From the IMG/VR virus record IMGVR_UViG_3300027573_000023, positions 1 to 64,000 of that record: a stretch of DNA of 64,000 nucleotides, one strand, 5' to 3'. This document shows positions 42,743-52,830 of this stretch, piece by piece. A model generated the notes under the pieces. The model saw nothing but the letters and a program-made list of their open reading frames with translations, did no database searches and was not told where the DNA came from. This DNA comes from a virus. The position numbers were made by a program, and so were the translations under genes. Positions within the stretch are counted from its first letter, which is position 1. Every line of letters starts with the position of its first letter.

Positions 42743-43417
42743 TTAATATTCTAGTTTATAAATACTTGTTATTTTTTTACCAGCTCTATTACTTTTTAGC
42801 CTTGTAATAGTTGGTAAAGACAAAGGAGAAATTGTAGATAGTTCCATTAAAGAATTGCTCTCCCAAGATTCATTAGTTAACAAATTAACTAACTTACATT
42901 TAATTCTAATTGGAGATATTTTTCCTAGATTTATCTGTCTTAATTTCTCTTTTGTTACTTCTGATAATACTTTACCAGTATGTGCCTCACTTAATCTTTT
43001 TTTAAAAGCTTCTGAACGTTTTTTCCCTGTTGTTGCTAGAATTCTTTTCTCAATAGTTTCTTTAGAATGTTTTCTACCTAATTGAGAGTTTCTCATTTTA
43101 GTTCTAGTTTCTTCTGAAAAATTAATTCCACTAAGACCATCTCCCCCTAGAGTACAGTTTAAACCTTTAGTATAACTATTATTTTCTTTTATATGGTATT
43201 TTTCTAATATATCTAAGTTATCATCAAAAACAAGGATTGTTTCTATTGTTTCAAATACATGATTTTGCCAACCATACTTTAATAAAGAGGCATATAATCT
43301 TGTCTGATTTTTACAGTTTAAGTATTTATATTTACTCATTCTTGTTTCCAGATCAATTGTCTTCCCAATATAAACTTTACCACTTGGGTTTGTTATTTTA
43401 TAGATATATCCTACCAT
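42743..43417 (-). CDS. GIY-YIG homing endonuclease with NUMOD3-like repeats
   Basis: GYIYKITNPSGKVYIGKT, LNCTLGGDG, repeated (H/F)SEET..K motifs. Start ATG 43417 lies just after the PhoH stop. Confidence 0.9.
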   Translation of the reverse strand: MVGYIYKITNPSGKVYIGKTIDLETRMSKYKYLNCKNQTRLYASLLKYGWQNHVFETIETILVFDDNLDILEKYHIKENNSYTKGLNCTLGGDGLSGINFSEETRTKMRNSQLGRKHSKETIEKRILATTGKKRSEAFKKRLSEAHTGKVLSEVTKEKLRQINLGKISPIRIKCKLVNLLTNESWESNSLMELSTISPLSLPTITRLKSNRAGKKITSIYKLEY

Positions 43418-43421
43418 AATA

Positions 43422-44069
43422 TTAATTATACTCCAGATCCAGAATTTTTCCAACGAGATCACTTCTGTGATTCTCTTTAAGTTTAATCCACTCTATACCA
43501 TCTAGCTTTTTACTTAGCTCAATAGCATAGCTAAGCCCATTATAAGACTCTTTGATATCTTTTTGTTCGTTATCACCATTGATGATAATCTTACCTGTCT
43601 TACCAAGTCTTGTTAAAAGGGACAACATCTCATGTTTAGTGAGGTTTTGTGCTTCTTCTATAACAAGAACATCATTGATAGTTTTCCCCCTAACAAATTG
43701 TACTGGAAAGGCTTTGATCTGTTGTGTCTTAATGTAGTCCAAGATTCTAGTCTTGTCATAACACATCATCAAATTTTCTTGGAAGGCTTCCAAGTATGGA
43801 TCGAATTTTTCTTTAAGGTCTCCAGGTAGGAAACCTAAGGAATTACCAACTTCAACTGCAGCCCTTGTCACATAGACAAGTTCACATTGTTTGGTCATCA
43901 AGAACTCAAGTGCAGTATTAGCACATACTAATGATTTACCTGAACCTGCTCTCCCTGTGACTACAACAACCTGATTATCGATTATCAGTTGCTTCGCTTC
44001 TTTCTGTTCCTCATTAAGAGTAACATTAAAATGAATATCATTTTTTCTGGTTCTGTTTGCATCTTTCAT
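43422..44069 (-). CDS. phoH: PhoH-like ATPase
   Basis: GRAGSGKS, LGFLPGDLKEKFDPY, RGKT, IEEAQN, LTRLG, GDNEQKD, HRS. Confidence 0.92.
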   Translation of the reverse strand: MKDANRTRKNDIHFNVTLNEEQKEAKQLIIDNQVVVVTGRAGSGKSLVCANTALEFLMTKQCELVYVTRAAVEVGNSLGFLPGDLKEKFDPYLEAFQENLMMCYDKTRILDYIKTQQIKAFPVQFVRGKTINDVLVIEEAQNLTKHEMLSLLTRLGKTGKIIINGDNEQKDIKESYNGLSYAIELSKKLDGIEWIKLKENHRSDLVGKILDLEYN

Positions 44070-44470
44070 GACACGTTGAATTTAGTTAATACAAAGTTAA
44101 TCCTTTCTTGGTACTTTTCATTAACAAATCCCCTTGTTTTTTTATCATGACACTCTAGACATACCAGTAGAATGTTTTCTGGTTCCCACGTTAAGTGTGG
44201 ATACTTATTCTTCTCTAGCAGATGATCAAACATATATGTAAGAGGTTCTTGGCCTAAAGTCTTATTACATATCTCACATACATGTGGTTTCTTCTTCCAT
44301 ATAGACATAAAGAATTCGTTTCTCCTTTGTGCACTATTCTGTTTCCTAATCCCATCCCTAACTGGCTGCCTTAGGACTTTCTTACTAAAGGGAGTACGAG
44401 GGCTGTGCGACTGACACAACCCTTTACTCCACACAGGGTTGTTACACCCTGTTTTACTACATGTTTTCAT
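44066..44470 (-). CDS. HNH/NinG-like nuclease with N-terminal zinc finger
   Basis: CSKTGC...GLCQSH; CEIC...FDHLLEK..YPHL...ENILLVCLECH. Confidence 0.7.
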   Translation of the reverse strand: MKTCSKTGCNNPVWSKGLCQSHSPRTPFSKKVLRQPVRDGIRKQNSAQRRNEFFMSIWKKKPHVCEICNKTLGQEPLTYMFDHLLEKNKYPHLTWEPENILLVCLECHDKKTRGFVNEKYQERINFVLTKFNVS

Positions 44471-45012
44471 AACAGATGACTACCTTGAAAATCTCCTCCT
44501 GTATGGTTAGCACCCTTTCTATTAAAGATTGCTCCTACAGTAGTAAATTCAACTACTTCAACCCATTCAGTAACTGGACGAGGAAGTATAACTAACTGTC
44601 CAATCCTATCACCAACATTATAGAGAGCTGTAGTATCAACATCATCCACATCTTCTTTACCAAAACAGATAAAATCATATGTCTCTGATATGTTACCATC
44701 AGACAGATCATTTGGAATAGAGGCAAAATATCCAGCAGGCTTGAACCTAAGAATGATTTCATCTTTATCATTAGGATTGACAATTCCTATAGAGCTTGCC
44801 AACAACAAATCCTTCTTATAGTTATTACTCCTTGGAAATATCAAACCAACAAATCCCTCAGGGACTTCAATAGCTATTCCTGTTCCATACACAACATTAC
44901 CTGCCTCATCAAACACCTTAGATATGGCAACAAGGTCCATACCTACATCACCTGGCTTCATATACTGAGGAATATGAGCTTCAGGTACCAACTTCTTGAT
45001 TTTTGCTTTCAT
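44467..45012 (-). CDS. Trimeric dUTPase-fold protein with degenerate motifs III and V
   Basis: GDVGMDL, GTGIAIEVPEGFVGLIFPRS and GDRIGQLVI are present; motif III reads GIVNPNDKDEI. Confidence 0.75.
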   Translation of the reverse strand: MKAKIKKLVPEAHIPQYMKPGDVGMDLVAISKVFDEAGNVVYGTGIAIEVPEGFVGLIFPRSNNYKKDLLLASSIGIVNPNDKDEIILRFKPAGYFASIPNDLSDGNISETYDFICFGKEDVDDVDTTALYNVGDRIGQLVILPRPVTEWVEVVEFTTVGAIFNRKGANHTGGDFQGSHLL

Positions 45013-46024
45013 CTTCTACTAAATTTTTATTTCTCAATTTGTCAACAATGGCTTGTTTTACCTCATTGTAGAAACCCTCTTCAGACAGTAAGTCTATAAA
45101 ATCGTCTAGGGAATGTTTAACCTCATTAAAAGTAAAGGTACTGCCATATTTTCTTCCTAACTCAAGATCGTTGAGTAGGTCCATTATCTCTCCTCCCTTG
45201 TCTATCCCTAAACCATAAATTATGGTAAAAGAGCATAATTTGAATGGAGGGCCCATTTTGTTCTTTATTACCTTAATTTTGGTAATATTCCCAATGGTCT
45301 CATCCCCATCTTTAGCAAGAGTCTTAGATACTTCAATTCTTACATCAGTGTAGAATTTAAGAGCATGCCCACCCTGTGTCACAGTGGGATTTCCAAACAT
45401 TACACCAATTTTCTCTCTAAATTGAGAGATTACAATCATACACACGTTATTGTCAGCACATGCAGTTTTTAGTTTTGGATAAGCGTTATTATTCAATACC
45501 GCCTTCTTACCAATAGCACTATCACCTACATCACCATCTACCACCTTTTTAGGCATTAGCGATGAGTCGCTGTCAATGATAATTAGGTCAATTTCTCCAG
45601 TTTTGATGAGTTCCAGAGCTATCTGGAAGCCTTCTTCACCATTACTAGGCTGAGCTACAAGCATTTTGCTTATATCCACACCAAGGGCTTCAAAATAGAT
45701 TTTATCAACAGCATGTTCGCCATCAATATAAGCTACTGTTCCTCCTTGTTTTTGACATTCTGCAGCTGCATGGGCACATATGGTAGATTTACCTGTGCCT
45801 TCCCACCCCATTAATTCGTAGACTTTTCCCCTAACAAATCCTCCTGTGCCTAAAGCTATGTGGTCAAAGCCTATGGATCCTGTACTGAATACATCATAGT
45901 CTCCCATGATGCCATCATCTAATGTTAATACAGTTCCTTTTCCATAGGCTTTATCCAGCTTTTCTATGGCTTCCTCTAACTTGCTTTTTCCAGTACTAAC
46001 TGGTTGCTTCTTTGGTCCTGCCAT
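44981..46024 (-). CDS. recA: RecA-like recombinase
   Basis: GWEGTGKST, YIDGEHAVD, QPSNGEE, IIIDS, QFREKIGVMFGNP.V.QGGHALKFY, KNKMGPPF. Confidence 0.95.
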   Translation of the reverse strand: MAGPKKQPVSTGKSKLEEAIEKLDKAYGKGTVLTLDDGIMGDYDVFSTGSIGFDHIALGTGGFVRGKVYELMGWEGTGKSTICAHAAAECQKQGGTVAYIDGEHAVDKIYFEALGVDISKMLVAQPSNGEEGFQIALELIKTGEIDLIIIDSDSSLMPKKVVDGDVGDSAIGKKAVLNNNAYPKLKTACADNNVCMIVISQFREKIGVMFGNPTVTQGGHALKFYTDVRIEVSKTLAKDGDETIGNITKIKVIKNKMGPPFKLCSFTIIYGLGIDKGGEIMDLLNDLELGRKYGSTFTFNEVKHSLDDFIDLLSEEGFYNEVKQAIVDKLRNKNLVEDESKNQEVGT

Positions 46025-46251
46025 TTCATTTGTTTTTCAATTGTTTTCTCATCTTCAAAGATGTATCTATACTTCAGAGTTTTATACTCGTCTTCTATAA
46101 AATGATCAGCTTTCAGAGCTCTAAAGAACTTGAAAGTATCTGTAGTTTCTACAGCCAGAATGAAGTGAGTTTCACAATAACCACATACTACTCCTTGATA
46201 GCTTTCATGTACTATCAGAGTATCCTTAAACGTCTGGAACAGCTTTTCCAT
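45976..46251 (-). CDS. Hypothetical protein (91 aa)
   Basis: ORF in a tightly packed operon. Confidence 0.65.
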   Translation of the reverse strand: MEKLFQTFKDTLIVHESYQGVVCGYCETHFILAVETTDTFKFFRALKADHFIEDEYKTLKYRYIFEDEKTIEKQMKWQDQRSNQLVLEKAS

Positions 46252-46444
46252 GATGTAGTTCTTTTAAGTCCTTTTCTGCTTTCTCCCACCAATCTTTCTC
46301 ATATCCATATTCATTCCTACATTCATCATTTTTGCAGGATAAGTGCTTTATAAAATACATTGCACTTGTCATTTCACAGAACTTAATAGTCTCTTCTGTA
46401 CCAAACTGGCCTTTCAGCCTATCCAAAATTTCTTGGTTATACAT
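46226..46444 (-). CDS. Hypothetical protein (72 aa)
   Basis: ORF in a tightly packed operon. Confidence 0.65.
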   Translation of the reverse strand: MYNQEILDRLKGQFGTEETIKFCEMTSAMYFIKHLSCKNDECRNEYGYEKDWWEKAEKDLKELHHGKAVPDV

Positions 46445-46991
46445 ACTGTTTTAATTTAACACTGGTTAATACTTCTCTTTCTACATCATAGGCTTCCCAG
46501 ACTTCTTGATCTGGACCTAATACAAGACCTATTTTATCTTCCCAATAGTTAATTAGGTCTTTGGTTTTGTTAAAAACTCTATATTGCAAAGACACCTCGT
46601 CTGTTACAACCCCACTACGCATAATCTTTGTTGTTTTAGGAAACTCTCCTTGAAATTTCTTAGAAGTTTTTGAATATCTGCCTTGTTTTACCAAGTCAAA
46701 ATCATCTATGAATCTCTTATCAAGTTTATATACAACAACAACGAAACCTTTCCCATAATCATAGTCATCTACGATATTGGTAGTTCTTTCATATTCTTCG
46801 TTCAAGAAAGCCCTGAAAGTATGTAAATTATCAGGCTTGAACAGTAAATACACTGAATTCAGATAAGGAACATCTTGATCCTCATCATATTCATACGCAT
46901 TAATAAACCCATTCTCAGTAAGTTTCTCCTTTGAAATCTTCAGTGTGGGGAGCATAAATACTGTAGAAATGGTTTTTTTAAGTGGTTCCAT
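46437..46991 (-). CDS. Hypothetical protein (184 aa) downstream of the exonuclease
   Basis: Likely start ATG 46991 (MEPLKKT...) overlapping the upstream stop region. Confidence 0.7.
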   Translation of the reverse strand: MEPLKKTISTVFMLPTLKISKEKLTENGFINAYEYDEDQDVPYLNSVYLLFKPDNLHTFRAFLNEEYERTTNIVDDYDYGKGFVVVVYKLDKRFIDDFDLVKQGRYSKTSKKFQGEFPKTTKIMRSGVVTDEVSLQYRVFNKTKDLINYWEDKIGLVLGPDQEVWEAYDVEREVLTSVKLKQYV

Positions 46992-48048
46992 TAGATTTAA
47001 TGTTAACGAATCCTTTGGATTCATAATTCTTTTTGCTAATAGACCATATGTCATTTTCCTGGGCCCATTTCAGCTCCTCAATCAGTTCTTTCACTCCAGG
47101 ATACTGTCTGTCTCCTTTTGTGAAGCCTCGATAAGCATCATACATGTCCTTATACTCTAATGTATAAATGAGTGGACTGTAATAATTAATGCTGTCACAT
47201 ACAATAAACTGAGGATACTCAACATGATACTTGTACCAAGGACTGGTTTTCTGTTCAACCAGCCACTCTATGGCTTTAAAATACAAAAGTGCTTGGATAT
47301 AGGCTCTTCTATATAAGTAGTACTCATTATAGAAGTTCTCTACAGACCAAACACATTTTAAATCATATATCATTATCCTTTTCTCGTTGTGATCAACAAT
47401 AACTTTGTCAAGCATTGATTTGAACTTATGTCCATCAACAATATAGTCATCTACTACGAATTGATTAGATACAGTATATCTACTGCTGGTCACCATATTA
47501 ATGATGTCCTTAGTAAATTCATTTGTCTGTAACTCTTCAACAATTTTTTCAGCATTGGTCACATCCTGAGTTGTTATTACAGTAAGATTTCTGGAGCGTA
47601 CCTCTCTGATCTCTCTGTAGTAAATCTCAGCATCACTGCCAATAAACTTATTCAATACTGTTTCTTCAGCAAGTTTGAACCCTGAAGCTATATAAGCCTC
47701 ATGTGCAAGATCTTTAAATTCTCTGGTTACTACACCAAATCCATCTGTTGCTTCAGTAGTGACTTTATACAGAGCTTCGACGAATTCTAACATTAGTCCT
47801 GTAGGCACTGATGCTGTTGAGGACATATAGAATCTGTTGTCGAACTCTTCTGGCTGTAGCAATAATGTTTCTACAAGCCTACCCATGTTGGCAGCAAGAT
47901 TTTCTTTCTCTTCTACCTTTTCACGTAACACGTACTTTTTGTAGTACTTTCTTCTATCTAAGCTAAAATCCTTTAGCGAAGAAGAGCTATCTGTTTCGAT
48001 AGCTCTATATTTACGTTCTTCTGCTGTTTTGTTTACTCCCTTAATCAT
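46978..48048 (-). CDS. PD-(D/E)xK exonuclease (RecE/ExoVIII-like)
   Basis: SSSSLKDF, MGRLVETLLL, FKSMLDKVIVDH..IYDLK, YIQALLY. Confidence 0.8.
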   Translation of the reverse strand: MIKGVNKTAEERKYRAIETDSSSSLKDFSLDRRKYYKKYVLREKVEEKENLAANMGRLVETLLLQPEEFDNRFYMSSTASVPTGLMLEFVEALYKVTTEATDGFGVVTREFKDLAHEAYIASGFKLAEETVLNKFIGSDAEIYYREIREVRSRNLTVITTQDVTNAEKIVEELQTNEFTKDIINMVTSSRYTVSNQFVVDDYIVDGHKFKSMLDKVIVDHNEKRIMIYDLKCVWSVENFYNEYYLYRRAYIQALLYFKAIEWLVEQKTSPWYKYHVEYPQFIVCDSINYYSPLIYTLEYKDMYDAYRGFTKGDRQYPGVKELIEELKWAQENDIWSISKKNYESKGFVNIKSNGTT

Positions 48049-48289
48049 GTTCTACTAAATTAGGTATCCATTTATAAGCGTTTAAATGATAGCTTTTGCC
48101 ATCTTCAAAATTACTTTTATACTCTTTAGAAGTATAAACTAGTTTGTCTACTAGATCTTTTGGGGTAAGGGTCATAACTCCTCCCTCGTACACGACATTA
48201 ATGTCCTCCATATTTTTAATAGCTTTCTTTACATCATAGTCTTTTAAAAATATGTTGCCCTTATGGCTGCTGGTTACTTTTCTTCTCAT
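48041..48289 (-). CDS. Hypothetical protein (82 aa)
   Basis: ORF in operon. Confidence 0.65.
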   Translation of the reverse strand: MRRKVTSSHKGNIFLKDYDVKKAIKNMEDINVVYEGGVMTLTPKDLVDKLVYTSKEYKSNFEDGKSYHLNAYKWIPNLVEHD

Positions 48290-48683
48290 TTTTTGTGTTT
48301 TTATTATCGATTAAACTTTTTGCATCGTGGCAAGTTTTACATAGCACCTGGAAATTATCAACCTCACAAAACAATCCCTCTATAAAACTAGGCAAATCTG
48401 CAGCACATGTCAGGCTGCCTACAGGAACTATATGGTCCACAGCTATTTCAGTAGCTTTAAACCAGTTCTTGCAGTGATTGCATTGGTACTCATATTTTTG
48501 TCTTGTATTAGTTCCCACATATTTACGTTTAGCACGATCTCTACATAGGGTTATTGGTCTCCAGGCTAAGCTCCTCTTTCTGAGTGTGTTTCTGATGAAC
48601 TGCCAGAAGACAGCCTCACTCATTGTACCTGCATTTCTATTTTTAATTACTTTACTCACTCTCTTTGTTACTGTTCTTTTCAT
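48261..48683 (-). CDS. HNH endonuclease
   Basis: YQCNHC...IAVDHIVPVG...NFQVLCKTCHDAKS. Confidence 0.85.
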   Translation of the reverse strand: MKRTVTKRVSKVIKNRNAGTMSEAVFWQFIRNTLRKRSLAWRPITLCRDRAKRKYVGTNTRQKYEYQCNHCKNWFKATEIAVDHIVPVGSLTCAADLPSFIEGLFCEVDNFQVLCKTCHDAKSLIDNKNTKNEKKSNQQP

Positions 48684-48691
48684 AATTAAAA

Positions 48692-48737
48692 ATTTAAAGA
48701 AAGGGGATTTAAAGTTACGAAAACCTAACCCCCTTTC
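48692..48737 (-). terminator. Hairpin after the rIIB-like gene (possible terminator)
   Basis: On the - strand GAAAGGGG...CCCCTTTC 8-bp outer stem followed by a T-rich run. Confidence 0.5.
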
Positions 48738-48743
48738 AAAGGA

Positions 48744-50114
48744 TTATTGAACTAAACTTACTCTCTTACTGATAGTTTTTTTCATTTCGTTTAATGAAAG
48801 AACTATACTGTTAATCTCTGCAGTAGAGATGGAAGGAAGATTGTAAGAATACTTTTTAGACTCAGTTGTGAACCCTTCCTTAGCTCTGTCAGCTAATTCT
48901 TCTAGTTCTCTGATAGCGTAGTCCTCATCCAACTCAAGAGTATCAAAGTCCACATCGTGCAGAATTTTGGTAGCTTCTTCAGTTGGTACAGTCATTATTG
49001 GAAGATACTCATAGCATCTACCTTTGTGAGTACCAATACCCACAACTTTCATTGGATTAATCAAGATGAGGACTGATGTGTCACCACATCCTACATAATG
49101 AATCTGATCTGCTGTGAAATGCAATCCTGCATGAGCACAGTCAGCTGTACTCCAGTTACATTTCTCCATAGGCATGTTCACTACCTGTCCTACTCTGATA
49201 TCAAAGGTACCAGTATGAGCATCTGTGAATCTATTCTCTGCCATATTTGGTAGGTCAAGATACAAATCCACTAAATCTCCAACAATAATACTGTTAGTAG
49301 GAGTTTCTTTAAGTTCTAAACAATATTCTCCACCTTTCTGTACAACTCTGTAGGCGCTAGGATTCTTTTTCCACACAGCTTTTACCTTGTTATAAGCATT
49401 GCTTACAAACTGTACAAGCTCATTGTCTTTCCCAGCAGGCAGAGTTACCACATTTCTAAGTGCAACAAAGAAACCTTGCTTAGTAATTCTGAAACTGTTG
49501 TCAGTCAAGAAGTTATACAACTGTGCTGCTACTTCAGCTCTTGGATTCAAACAACACCACATAAAGAAATTCTTTAGTGATTGATACTCTTCATCTGCTT
49601 CTAAAGCATCTTCAATATCATCAAGAGGTGCATTTTTGTATTTCCCAACCACTTCAGTGAATTTCCCAACTAGTAGTTGGGGAATACTTCTGCTTGTTCC
49701 TGTAAGATAAAGAGAACCATCTTTTAATTCAAAGTCTCTAAGCTGACCAAGCATTTTAAAACCATCAGCTATTGCTGTTAGCCTTACTGCTTCTTTCTCT
49801 TGAGCATATCTCTCTGCAGCAACTTCTCTGTCACCAATAACTGCAAAAATTTCATCTCTGGTTTTAGCTACTTTAACTCTCTCATAATGCTCTTCTGTTG
49901 CAACAGCTTTATTAACAACAGATCCATCTCTAAGCACTACTGTCAAACTATCATTTACAAGCTTGATAGTAAGATAGGGGGGTTCATTTGATACTGGCTG
50001 ATTGTCATCATCAGCCAGTTTCTCAATCATTTTGTCAATTCGAGTATCTAATACTCTGTCTACAGCAGTTTCCATTTTCTGCTTGAACCAATTTAAACTA
50101 AAAAACTTTTCCAT
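48744..50114 (-). CDS. rIIB-like protein
   Basis: NP...AQLYNFL....RITKQGFFVALRNV, FTDAHTGTFDIRVGQVVNMP, CAHAGLH, INPMKVV, KGRCYEY; follows the rIIA-like gene. Confidence 0.85.
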   Translation of the reverse strand: MEKFFSLNWFKQKMETAVDRVLDTRIDKMIEKLADDDNQPVSNEPPYLTIKLVNDSLTVVLRDGSVVNKAVATEEHYERVKVAKTRDEIFAVIGDREVAAERYAQEKEAVRLTAIADGFKMLGQLRDFELKDGSLYLTGTSRSIPQLLVGKFTEVVGKYKNAPLDDIEDALEADEEYQSLKNFFMWCCLNPRAEVAAQLYNFLTDNSFRITKQGFFVALRNVVTLPAGKDNELVQFVSNAYNKVKAVWKKNPSAYRVVQKGGEYCLELKETPTNSIIVGDLVDLYLDLPNMAENRFTDAHTGTFDIRVGQVVNMPMEKCNWSTADCAHAGLHFTADQIHYVGCGDTSVLILINPMKVVGIGTHKGRCYEYLPIMTVPTEEATKILHDVDFDTLELDEDYAIRELEELADRAKEGFTTESKKYSYNLPSISTAEINSIVLSLNEMKKTISKRVSLVQ

Positions 50115-50117
50115 TTT

Positions 50118-52448
50118 TTAAGGGTTTTGTGTTAATTCTTCTATTGTTTCGTCAGTTATCTGGTCCAAGATGTCTGTGTCTTGGTTAAGGACCAGGTGGT
50201 AGTTAGTGTAATCAATTCTAATTCTATGATACTTAAACAAATCAACCAGCACATTAACATAGCGTTCATGACCTGGTTGAGCTGAATAAGAAGGTAGTAC
50301 ATCCATAGAAGTTTCTATGAAAGGAAATGTCTCCAACAGTTCTTTAATCTGTTGATACTCAGTATAAATTGTTTCATCAAATAAGTTATGCTGATTAGCA
50401 ATAACTAACATAGATTCATAGATTCTCTCATCAGCATGTCCATTATAATTAGTTTTGTTATAAGCTAATAACTCATCTAATTGTTTGTGTAATCTTTTAC
50501 TAACTGTTTTAAGTAAATACACTTTAGAAAATGTATAAGGATATTTATCTATGAGCTTATGAATCAAATAGGCTGTAATTAGCCTTTTAAAAGGCTTGTT
50601 TTTCCCTTCCATAAATTTTTCAATAGTAATAAAATTGTGAATATCCAATGTTTGTGCTACTTTGTATTCTCTTTCAGAGAGTACAAGATACTCAATCTTC
50701 TGTTTACTGGAAATTGCAAACAAACCATCAAATGTTGCTTCACTGTCCTGTTTTCCATACACAAGAAGCTTTTTGTGTGAAGATATATCTGCCACATTAA
50801 GAACTTTAGGTGTCAGCTTAGAGTTCTTGCCATGAACATATCTCTGCAAATCATCAGTTACTCTACAGTTGATTTCTCCCTGAAGTTTTACTCGTTTAGT
50901 TCCTCCAACAGCTGTAGATACTCTTTTTCTCTTTCTTGCATCTAACCAAGATTGAGCAATTGGTGTACTGTCAACATCTTTGAAGTCTTTAGTAAGCTCT
51001 TCTACAATTCTCTGGAATTCCTGAATACGATCTCTCCAAGTGTTTCTTGGATAAAGATGTAAATTTAGCATAGACATATAATTGTCATAAGAATGACTTT
51101 TATCTTTGTTTTTAAGATGAAACTCTCTGTTTTTCTTAACAAATCTGATGTTCTCATAACTATTGAGCGGCAATAGAGATTTAATAAAGGATTTTTTGTT
51201 TCCTGTAAATGTCTCATCATAAACCCAAATTTTCTGTGGATCCTTAGCATTACTGTAATTCAACTGTTTGTCATAATAACCAACAGTCTGTCTGAATTGT
51301 CCTCTTGTATAATTAATATTAGTGGTATATTCATAGAACAGATAGTCTTTGTTTCTATACAATATAGAAAAGTCAGTTAATGTATAATCCTTATACTCAG
51401 GTTTATTAAACTTTTTGTTAGTATAGACAGAAAGCTTACTGGCATCAATAGTTGTATTACCAATGATAACATTTCTGTTAGAATAACCATAGTAATTAAA
51501 GATTTCATGAATGTCCTTACAATCAATACTATTCTCATTATACTTATCAAAGAAATAATCAGACACTTTAGTGATTTTATCCAAGATAGTTTTCTTAGCC
51601 TGAGCTGTATATATCAATTGCTCTCTGTTAGGAGTTGGAAATAATCCATCACTCAAACCAAATCTTAAACCAATAGGGATATTGATATTGTTAATACCAA
51701 GTTTAGCAAAATCCATTGGGTAATATACATTATCCAAACAGATATGCATAAACTGATCAGTATTCATTTCTGACAATTGAAAATCTTCTCCTCTATGGAT
51801 AATAAACTCATTTGTCACAATATTATTCTGAACATTGACATCAAAATACACACTCTCGAAATATGCTAACTGATTTCTGATTTTCTCTAAGAAAGTATGT
51901 CTATCATTAATCTTCACTGGTACAATAATCTTCACCCCATTTCTTTCCTCTGTGGATGTTTCGTAAAGCAGGTCAATAGTATTCACATCCTCTCCTTCAT
52001 ACATCATATATTTACGCTCTATCCCATCTTTTCTACATACAAAGAAGAAAGTACTGCAGTAGGCCAATGGGGACTTGAATCCAAGCCCCATCATGCCTAT
52101 TTCTGTATTACTTTCTCTTTTGGTAGATTTACCATACTTACTGATAATGTTTTCCACATCGTCAGCATCCAAACCAGTTCCAAAATCTTCTACAGAGAAT
52201 TCATAGTTGTTCTCCTTATTGATTTTAAGGGAGACAATAATGGCATCTGTTACCCCAGCTCTTCTATGGCTGTCAAGAGCGTTGCTCGCACACTCTCTGA
52301 CAGTAGAGCCTATAGGATCTGAATAAAGATTCTTACTTAACATCTGCATCAATACCTGTGCAGAATCTAAGTCTAGTGACATTCCAATACTCTCCTTCGC
52401 TTGCCCTACCTCTAATACCTTAGACTGGGCTTGTTTTTCTTGAATCAT
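50118..52448 (-). CDS. rIIA-like protein with N-terminal GHKL (Hsp90-like) ATPase
   Basis: LYSDPIGSTVRECASNALDSH, VEDFGTGL, YGKSTKRESN, GMMGLGFKSPLAY, PTPNREQL. Confidence 0.88.
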   Translation of the reverse strand: MIQEKQAQSKVLEVGQAKESIGMSLDLDSAQVLMQMLSKNLYSDPIGSTVRECASNALDSHRRAGVTDAIIVSLKINKENNYEFSVEDFGTGLDADDVENIISKYGKSTKRESNTEIGMMGLGFKSPLAYCSTFFFVCRKDGIERKYMMYEGEDVNTIDLLYETSTEERNGVKIIVPVKINDRHTFLEKIRNQLAYFESVYFDVNVQNNIVTNEFIIHRGEDFQLSEMNTDQFMHICLDNVYYPMDFAKLGINNINIPIGLRFGLSDGLFPTPNREQLIYTAQAKKTILDKITKVSDYFFDKYNENSIDCKDIHEIFNYYGYSNRNVIIGNTTIDASKLSVYTNKKFNKPEYKDYTLTDFSILYRNKDYLFYEYTTNINYTRGQFRQTVGYYDKQLNYSNAKDPQKIWVYDETFTGNKKSFIKSLLPLNSYENIRFVKKNREFHLKNKDKSHSYDNYMSMLNLHLYPRNTWRDRIQEFQRIVEELTKDFKDVDSTPIAQSWLDARKRKRVSTAVGGTKRVKLQGEINCRVTDDLQRYVHGKNSKLTPKVLNVADISSHKKLLVYGKQDSEATFDGLFAISSKQKIEYLVLSEREYKVAQTLDIHNFITIEKFMEGKNKPFKRLITAYLIHKLIDKYPYTFSKVYLLKTVSKRLHKQLDELLAYNKTNYNGHADERIYESMLVIANQHNLFDETIYTEYQQIKELLETFPFIETSMDVLPSYSAQPGHERYVNVLVDLFKYHRIRIDYTNYHLVLNQDTDILDQITDETIEELTQNP

Positions 52449-52830
52449 AACTTAATTCTTTTAAAAATTTCATATCTTTTAATATTCTTTCAGCTACTAA
52501 ATAATTCTGTAAATCCTCTCCAGTGAATACATCATCTGGACACGTAATCTTAAGAACACGATTAGCATGATTGCTTCTAACATAGGCTTTACTAATGTGA
52601 TCAAGGGTAAACCCTTTTCTGTCTTTAGGAAAAGTTGAACCACCAGGTTGGGTAGTTCTTATACTATAAGTTTTAAAATCCCAAAGAATATTACGAGGAC
52701 TAACAAATTGAATAGTTCCAGATTTACCATTTCCACTATACCATCCAAACGCCAATCCCCAACTGTTTCCTAAGCATATGAAGTCTCCTATTTGTAGGGT
52801 TCCTCCATATTTTATTGTACTCGTTATCAT
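52420..52830 (-). CDS. Hypothetical protein (136 aa), paralog of the upstream ORF
   Basis: GG.L..GDF......FGWY...G..G.(I/L)Q motif shared with 52827-53219. Confidence 0.7.
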   Translation of the reverse strand: MITSTIKYGGTLQIGDFICLGNSWGLAFGWYSGNGKSGTIQFVSPRNILWDFKTYSIRTTQPGGSTFPKDRKGFTLDHISKAYVRSNHANRVLKITCPDDVFTGEDLQNYLVAERILKDMKFLKELSYDSRKTSPV

